NCBI GenBank assembly: GCA_013265495.1
Contig: MU057711.1
Span: forward strand, 620,001 to 684,000
DNA from: Vicugna vicugna
Lineage: Eukaryota
Direction of reading: 5' to 3'
DNA: 64,000 bases
In this document: one piece after another, positions 1-64,000 of the stretch
Position numbering within the stretch: the first letter of the stretch is position 1
Layout: every line of letters starts with the position of its first letter
Made by a program: the position numbers and the translations under genes
The notes under the pieces: generated by a model
Databases searched by the model: none
Told to the model about the DNA's origin: nothing
What the model saw: the letters and a program-made list of their open reading frames with translations, nothing else

Positions 1-352
1 CATTTTGTGTCTCTTTGTCACATTTTGGCAATTCTTACAATATTTCAAATTTTTCTTTGTTATTGTATTTGTTACGGTGATCAGTGAACTTTGATGTTAC
101 TACTAAGATTCACTGAAGAGGCTCAGAGGATGATTAGCATTTTTTAGCAATAAAGTATTTTTTTATTAAGACATGTGCATTGTTTTTTTTTAGACAGAAT
201 GCTATTGCACACTTTGTGGACTACAGTATCGTGCAAATACAACTTTCCTGTGCACTGGGAAATCAAAAAATATTGCGTGACTCACTTTATTGCATTGTTT
301 CTTTATTGCTGTGGTCTGGAACCAAACCTGCAATATCTCCAAGGTCTGCCTA
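1..352 (+). mobile_element. Tigger1-type TcMar DNA transposon, 3' end
   Basis: Ends ctttattgctgtggtctggaaccaaacctgcaatatctccaaggtctgcc followed by TA, like the recalled Tigger1 terminus. Confidence 0.8.
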
Positions 353-444
353 TAGCAGCTCAACACTGGGCATTATATTCAACATACTCTCTCCCTGGCT
401 GACATTTCAGTGACAGTAAGAGGAGGGAGGTGAGGGCTCACTGA

Positions 445-477
445 GGGTTAGGGTTACAGTTAGGGGTAGGGTTAGGG
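445..477 (+). repeat. Short degenerate telomere-like (TTAGGG)n tract
   Basis: GGG TTAGGG TTACAG TTAGGG GTAGGG TTAGGG. Confidence 0.7.
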
Positions 478-619
478 AGACTATTCCATGTCCTAGCACA
501 TGCAAACAATCAACGTCCCTCCAAAAGTCACTCTGCAGTGAGCCATGCTAACAACCATCACTGTCCCTGTCCTTGCTACAGGCTGAGGGGGAGGGGCATG
601 AGAGGCTCTAGGAAAGGGG

Positions 620-815
620 TAAGAGTCAGACTGCTTAAGACTCAAATCCCACCTCTCTTCCTTCCTTCTTATACATCTATAGCTAAGTTACTAACCTCTT
701 TGAGCCTCAGTTTCCACCTCTGGAAAATGGGAATAATAAAAGTGTCCATTTCATGGGGTGAGGTGAAGATTCAATGAACTTATTCATGTAAAAGTGCTCA
801 TCATGGTGCCAGGCA
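620..815 (+). mobile_element. MIR SINE
   Basis: MIR core aacctctttgagcctcagtttccacctctggaaaatgggaataata. Confidence 0.8.
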
Positions 816-2079
816 CAGTGCAGGGGCTCACCAGGTGTCAGGGTCGGTCTTCTTTTCTGGGCAGGACAGACCAATGGCAGCAAGGGCAGAAACAAGTACC
901 AGGAGGTGAGTCATCTTTCAGTGCATGTGAATGAGCCACAGGGATCTGTGTAGCCTTGGCTCCCCACTGCCTTCATGGAAACACCTTCCTGAAATCATAG
1001 ACTGATTGGCTGGCTGGTGCTGAGCTGGCAGAAAATAAAGCATCATCCCCGAATACACAGCTGGTGTGGATTCCCATGGCCAGCACAGAGCGCCTGGTCT
1101 GCTTGCCCCATGGGGGAGTCACTGGACATCCATCAAGGCGAAGGCCAAACTCAGCCTGGGCAGCTGTTCTGGAGCCCAGTGACTTCAGATCAGGGTCACA
1201 TCCTGTGATGGGAGAAGGCTCAGGTCGGGAGGTCAGGACAGTGGACGGTTCAAAGATGCACTGCGTCCCTTCATGGGGAGAGCTGAACGTGGCAGGGAGC
1301 TGCCCGTGAAAGGAGCCCTCTCACTCGTGGCATTTTCAACCACATCCTTCTTGCTGTGGTCTGCTGATGGCCGAATTGCCTTAGCCAGGGCCTTAACACT
1401 CATCAGATGGGAGACCTACCTGCAGCCAGCTGTGCCTGCTTCCCCTCTGGTCCAGGACACACCTGCCAGGGTCTGGCCAGAGGAGGGCTGGAGAATGATT
1501 TGTTGGAGGCAAAGCCCACGAGCCCAGTCTTTGAGATGCTAGCCAATGGCATGTCTGCCCTCAATTTCAGCCTTTCCAGATTAAACCCTTAACATGCAAA
1601 TCTATCTTGGGAGTAGGAGGATGGAGGGGGACCTGCCAGATGAGTTCATCAGGGTGTCACGCACTCATTGCACTCATGTCGCTCGTTCTTGAGTGCTGTG
1701 TGCCAGGCTTGCCTTTCTCCATGTTTGGAAGGTTGGAACGATGGCATGGGACCAAGACGAAGGAGGGGAAGGGGTGGAAGGTTCACTGGCCATCACTGCT
1801 CTGAGCCACGTCCGGAGCTCAGCCTGGAGGCCGGGAGGCGGGTCTAGGACACCTCATTGAAACATCGGTAGTGCTTCCAATCCCAAGGAATGAGAAACAG
1901 CCAGATTGTGGCAACCACTGCACAAAAGCCCTTTGAATTTTCTTTTTTTTTTCTTCCAAATGTCACCATGAATCAGCAGCACTCACCCCTCAGCTGCTGG
2001 GACTGTGTGTTTACTGCCTCCGTCATAGTAAACCTTGAGGTGGGAAAGAAAGACTTGTATTTGGGAAACGCTGTAGGGG

Positions 2080-2085
2080 TTTATT
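2080..2085 (-). terminator. Probable polyadenylation signal (AATAAA) of ABCC12; 3' UTR about 0.8 kb
   Basis: tttatt on + strand; on the minus strand it is followed about 25 nt later by a GU/U-rich tract (GTCTTTCTTT). An ATTAAA also lies near 2204-2209. Confidence 0.7.
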
Positions 2086-2870
2086 ACTGAGTCAATGGCG
2101 AAAGCAACAAGGCTCTGTGACAGAAAACAGTACAGAAATTAGAATATCTTCAGCAAAATAATTGCAAGGCAACATTTCAGGGTAGTTTAATTTCCTACTG
2201 CATTTTAATGACCAATATAGAAGATATAAAAATGTCATTTATAGAGAAACTCCAACATTTTGTTTTCCTGGTTATTCTAATAGATCAAATGGGGCATACA
2301 ATATGATTTTTTAAAAAAATTTTCACCAGACACTGTAATCAATCTTTCATGCTACAGATCTCTGTAGTTAGGGCTTGTCACACACTCCAAATAGACAAGA
2401 ACAGGAGTTAAGAGGGAAGAAAACTCTGTTCTCTTCCCTTTTGATAACAAGGCAGGGACCCTTTATAAAGGCCAACCTTAGGAATTTTCCCATTCTGTTT
2501 AACCAGTTTTTAACTGAAAGTTACAGTGTTTTCACTCCCATGCACTAAAGTGGTATTGATGAGAACGTATGAGGGACCTTTGGGGTTTTAGGACGTGGGG
2601 GCAGTTTTTTATCTACTAGCTTCACCTGCCTCTGTTTATCACCCAGAACAATGCCAAGCCCTCCAAGTGAGATCAGAAGGCGTGTGCTGGGCAAGGCAGG
2701 GAAGCAGGTCCGCCCCGGCTCAGCCTGTGCTCTTGGCATGGGAGGGATGGTGGACCAGGGCTGCCCTCCACCCTGCCCAGATGACAGCCTCCCCAATGCA
2801 GGTGCACTGACTCATCTCACATAGCCTCCTCCTCTTCTAAAAGCAGCTGACGTGGCCCCAGCGGGGATGT

Positions 2871-58732
<55,862 letters not shown>

Positions 58733-58800
58733 CTTGATGGCAGTTTAGAACCCTGGGCTCTTGGCTTAAGGACCTTCACTCTGCAGCAGAAAGATGAAGA
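58733..58800 (-). other. ABCC12: 5' UTR part of coding exon 1 (58733-58780) and its splice acceptor
   Basis: Minus strand tcttcatctttctgctgcag|AGTGAAGG: pyrimidine tract plus AG, implying an upstream non-coding exon. Confidence 0.65.
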
Positions 58801-59899
58801 TACTCTGGAATGGGATCAGGCAGCTCCTACTTCACCCAGCTCCCTTTCTCCAACCACTCAGACCTGGTTTCACCAGTTACCTTCCACATTTATAGGGGAG
58901 TATGGCCAGAAGCCCTATGCATCTGTCAACTCCATCATGAGCCTTTCTTACTAGCAAGGACATTCTGTTCCTTTTCTTTCCCATTTTGGGTTTACTGGGA
59001 GCAGAAAAGCCTATTGCAGGTTTTCTATCAGGAGCTAGCCCATGGCCACATCTGAGTCCTAGCCCTAGCAAAAGAACCTCAAGAAGGTCAATTTTCTGTC
59101 TTAGTGTGACCCAGCATGAAGTTTGTCACACATACATATTCCCTTTTCCTCCTTGATTCTTTCAGATACCCAGGAGTTTGTGTATCCACATTCCCCTATC
59201 TTCACATCCAAGGATCAGAGGACTTCAACAAGGCCACCTCTCAGGACCAGACACATCTGAGCAAACCCACACCCACTTCTATGACCACTGCCCCAAAGGG
59301 AAACCAATAATCCAGGTGGAGAGCACACTCTTTGAAGTGCCTGTCTAGTCCACAAACCAACCATTACATTCAAACTAAACCCAAAAAGTAGAGAACAATT
59401 CCTAAAGATTTTCTATTCTAGTTCCAGTTCTCCCCTGAGACATAGCTTTATGCCCTAGGGTTCCAAGACATTCTGCTTGCTATATCCTGTAAATAAATTC
59501 TCCTTTTTAAACTAAACTATCCTGAGTTGGTTTCTGTCACTTGCAATGAGAAGTCTCACTATTATAATTACATGAGTTCCCATCCTATGGTTTCTCTCTG
59601 GATTTTTTTACTGCTAGAAACAAAAAATAAACCGATTCCCATCGAGGTTTTAATGGCCAATAAACCTATGGCATGGCAGGGTTGGAAGTATCCTCAGATG
59701 TAATCTTTTACAAACTCCTCATTGTACAGAAGAGAGGCCCAGAGAGGGGAAGAGACTTACTCAAGAATATATGTAGTAGTGACATCAACTTCATGGCTAA
59801 TGCATCCCTCATTTTTGCCTCCCTACCTCCTGTCCAACAATAACAATTTTGCAGGTGAATCCATAGAAGGTCTGAGAAAACCTCAGAACCCCTAGAAAG

Positions 59900-62800
59900 G
59901 CTGACAGAAGATATTTCTCTCCCAGTGGCAGTTAGTAAAGACTGGAGGAGGTGACTCCTACTTCAAATGTGAAGATAGCAACACAAAACTTCAAAGAATA
60001 TGAGAAATCAAGGAAACATGACACCATGAAACCACTGAAGACAACAGTAATTTTCCAGTAACCATTCCCAAAGACATAGAGATCTGCAAAAGATAAAGAT
60101 AAAAGGTAAAGAATTCAAAATAGCTGTTTTGAGGAAACTCAATGAGCTACAAGAAAACACAGGAAGAAGATTCAATTGAATCAGGAAAAATGATACATAA
60201 ACAAAACGAGAAGTTCAACGAAGAGACAGAAATCACTAAATAGGCCCAAACAAACATGCTGGATCTAAAGAACACAACAAATGAAATGAAAGATATAATA
60301 GAAATAGAAATAAAAAGGAGAAAGAATTTGTGAGTTGGAAGACAAAAACTTTGAAATTATCCAGACAGAGGAGAACAAAGGAAAAAGAATGAAAAGGAGT
60401 GAAGAAAGCTTACATAATTTATGGAATACCATCAAAAGAAACAATTTTGAAATTACTGGAGTTCCAGAAGGAGAAAAGAGAGAGAATGAGGTAGAAAACT
60501 TATTTAAAGAAATAACGACTGAGGAATTCCCAAATCTGAGTAGAGATTTGGATATCCCAATTTTTGAAGTTCATAGGTCACCAAACAAATGGAACTTAAA
60601 GAGAGCCTCTCCAAAATATATTTGAATAAAACTGTCAAAAATCAAATAAAGAGAGAATCTTAAAAACAGCAAGAGAAAAGAAGCTAGATACTTATGAGGG
60701 CATCCCTGTTAGACTATGAGCAGATTTATCACCAGAAATCTTACAGGCCAGGGGAGAGTGGGATGATATATTCAAAGTATTAAGGAAAAACTGCCAACCA
60801 AGAATATACTATCTGGCAAAGATACTAATCAGAAATGAAGGAGAGATAAAGAGTTTCCTGACAAAAGCTGAGGAACTTTATCACCACTAGGCCTGTCTTA
60901 TAAATGCTAAAAGCAGTTCTTCAGGCTGAAAGTAAAAGATACTAATTAGTAATCTGAAAACATATGAAAATATACAAAGTACTGTTAAAGGTAAGTATAT
61001 AGTCAAATTCAGAATATGCTAATTCTATAATATGATAGTATGTTAACCATTCAATTCTAGTATAAAGGCAAAGGACAAGATTACTAAAAATAACTATAGC
61101 TAAAAGAATTTGTTAATGAATACACAATATAAAAGAGGTAAATTATGATATCAAAATACAAAGGGAAGGAGTAAAATGGTATGGTTTTGTATGTAAAATG
61201 TTAGGTTGTTATCAGCATAAAGCAGGCTATTATATCATAAGATGTTTTATGTAAACTCATGGTAACCACAGAGCAAAAACTATAGGAGATTCATAAAAGA
61301 TAAGAAGAAGGGAATCAAAGCATACAACTACAGAAAATCAATTCACAAAAGAAGGCAGCGAGAGAGGAAGAAAGGAATAAAGGAACTACAAAACAGCCAG
61401 AAGACAGTAAGATGGCATTAGTAAGTCCTTTTGTATCAGTAACTAGCCTAGATGTAAATGGAGTAAATTCTCCAATCAAAAAGCATAGAATGGCTGGATG
61501 GATTTGAAAATAAGACTTAATTATACACCACTTACAAGAGATTCATTTCACCCTTGTGGACATATATAGGATCAAAGTGAAGGAATGTAAAGATATTCCA
61601 TGCAAGTGGAAACCAAAAGAGCATGGGTTGTTATATCAGATAAAACAGACTTAAGTCAAAACTGTAAGAGGAGATAAAGGTTATTACATAACAAAAAAGG
61701 TGTCAATTTTTCAAGAAGATATAATGATTATATTCCCAATATTGAAGCACCTAAATATATTAAGCAAATACTAACAGATATGAAGAAAGAGATAATAATA
61801 CAATATTAGTAGAGGATTTCAATACCCCACTTTCAACATGAGATAGATCATACAGACAAAAGCATCAATAAAGAAATATTTGGCCTACTTTAGGCCAAAT
61901 GGACCTAACAAATATATACAGAACATTGCATCTAACAGCAGTAGAATACACATTCTCCTCAAATGCACATGGAACATTCCCCAGGATATATCATGATAGG
62001 TCACAAAGCAAGTCTTAACAAATTTAAGATTAACATCATCTCAAGTATCTCTGACCACAATGGAATGAAACTAGAAATAAATAGCAAGAGGAAAGATGGA
62101 AAAATCACAAATAGGTGGAAATTAAACAACACACTTCTGAACAACCAATGGGTCAAAGAAAAAATCTAAAGAGAAATTTTTAAAAATCTTTAAAGAAATA
62201 AAAATGGAAACAAAACATACCAAAACCTATGGGATGCAGCAAAAATAGTTCCAAGATAAAAGTTTATAGTGGTAAGTGCCTATATTAGGAAGAAAGAAAG
62301 ATCTCAAATAAACAACCTAACTTCACACATCAAGTAACTAAAAAACAAAACAAAACAAAACCAAAAATATAAGCCTAATAAAGTTAGCAGAAGGAAAGGA
62401 ATAACAAATATCAGAGCAGAAATAAATGAAATACAATACTGAAAAATGATAGAAAGGGCCAATGAAAGTAAGAGCTGTTTTTTAAAAAGATAAACAAAGT
62501 TGACAAACTTTCATTTAATCTAAGAAAACAAGAAAGAATAAAGCGATAAAATAAATAAATAAATAAATAAAGCGAGAAAAGAAAGGGTAGGCATTACAAC
62601 TGACATTGCAGAAATACAAAGGATCGTAACAGTCTACTGGGAACAACTGTACACCAAAAAATTGGATAACAAAGAAGAAATGGATAAGTTCAGAGAAATA
62701 TACAACTTACTAAGACTGAATCATAAAGAAATAGGAAATCTGAAGAAACCAATTATGAGTAAGGAGATTAAATCAGTAATCAAAAGTTTCCCAAGAAAGA

Positions 62801-64000
62801 AAATCCCCAAACCAGATGGTTTCTTTAGTGAATTCTACCAGATATTCAAAGGAGAGTTAGTGACAGTTTTTCTCAGACCCTTCCAAAAAATTAAAGAGGA
62901 ACACCTCCCAAACTCATTTTATGAGGCCAGCTTTACCCTGATATCAAAGTCAGACAAGGATGCTTCAAGAAAAGAAAACTACAGATCAGGATCCTTAATA
63001 AATATAGGTGCAAATACTATCAAGAAAATACTAGCAAGCTGAATTCAACAGCACATTAAAAGGATCATATGCCATGATCAAGAAGGATTTATCCCTGGGA
63101 TGCAAGGATGGTTTGACATACACAAACCAATAAATTAATACATCACATTAACAGAATGAAAAATAAAGTCATACGATCATCTTGATAGATGTAGCAAAAA
63201 AATTTAACCAAATACAATACCCATTCATGTTAAAAAAATACATAAGCTCAACAAATTAAGTATAGAAGGAATATACCTCAACATAATAAAGGCCACACAT
63301 GATCAACCCATACCTAACATCACACTCAATGATGAAAGATTGACAGAGTCTCATCTAACATCAGGAAGACAAGGATGTTCACTCTCACCACTTTTGTTCG
63401 ACATAGTACTGGAAGTCCTAGCCATAGCAATTAGGCAAGAAAAGAAAATAAAGTCACCCAAATTAGAAAGGAATAAGTAAAATTGTCTCTGTAGATGATA
63501 GGACGTTATACATAGAAAATCCTGAAGACTCCACCGAAAGAACTATTAGCACTGATCAATGAATTTAGTAATGTTATAAAATAAAAAATCAACATATAGA
63601 AATCAGCCATGTTTCTATACACTAAAACAAGATATTTGAAAAAGAAGGAAAACAATCCATTCACAATAGCATCAAAAACCATAAAAATACTTATGAAAAA
63701 TTTAACAAAGGAGGTAAAAGATCTGTACACTGAAAACTGTAAGTCTTGGAGAAAAGAAATTTAAGAAGAGGCAAACAAATGAAAAGATAACCTGTATTCA
63801 TTAATCAGAAAAATTAATATTGTTAAAAATGTCCATACTACCCAAAGCCATCTATAGATTCAGTGCAATCCCTTTCAAAATTTAAATGGAATTTTTCACA
63901 GAAATAGAAAAAAATTCTAAAATTTATATGAAACCACAAAAGACCCTGAATAGACAGAACAATTCTGAGAAAGAGGAACAAAACTGGAGGCACTTCCTGA
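59900..64000 (+). mobile_element. Large degraded L1 (ORF1 about 60000-60960, ORF2 from about 61410 running off the window), antisense to ABCC12
   Basis: ORF1-like LWNTIKRNNFEITGVPEGEKRENEVENLFKEITTEEFPNL; ORF2-like SDHNGMKLEIN...WKLNNTLLNNQWVKE and KKIPKPDGFFSEFYQIFK; many stops and frameshifts. Confidence 0.95.
62549..62570. repeat. (AAAT)n microsatellite inside L1
   Basis: aaataaataaataaataaataa. Confidence 0.85.

Noticed and set aside
59900..64000. Active L1 or domesticated L1 ORF
   Set aside because: ORF1 and ORF2 are broken by many stops, frameshifts and microsatellites; the longest piece in the ORF track is 126 aa.

Overview
Mammalian (eutherian) genomic DNA, not prokaryotic. The window holds the whole coding region of ABCC12 (MRP9, a short ABCC-subfamily ABC transporter) on the minus strand. 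I traced 29 coding exons by hand from ATG at 58732 to TAA at 2871; they give an open frame of 4098 nt (1365 aa) with intact Walker A, signature and Walker B motifs in both NBDs, and a likely polyA signal at 2080-2085. The promoter and first non-coding exon were not identified and may lie beyond the window. Introns and flanks carry ordinary eutherian repeats (MIR, L2, MLT1, MER20, MER63, MADE2, Tigger1, L1), four ERV solo LTRs (two with exact 4-bp TSDs) and one tRNA-derived SINE that suggests a camelid. I see no novel multi-gene system. The best observations are splice-level: exon 19 has lost its expected AG acceptor and appears rescued by an in-frame AG 6 nt downstream; there are competing or weak splice sites at exons 8, 9, 15-17 and 22; the last intron is stop-free and in frame; and a sense-oriented LTR sits 127 bp upstream of exon 5. 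Gene and repeat names and human comparisons come from recall, not database searches. Exon numbers count coding exons only.
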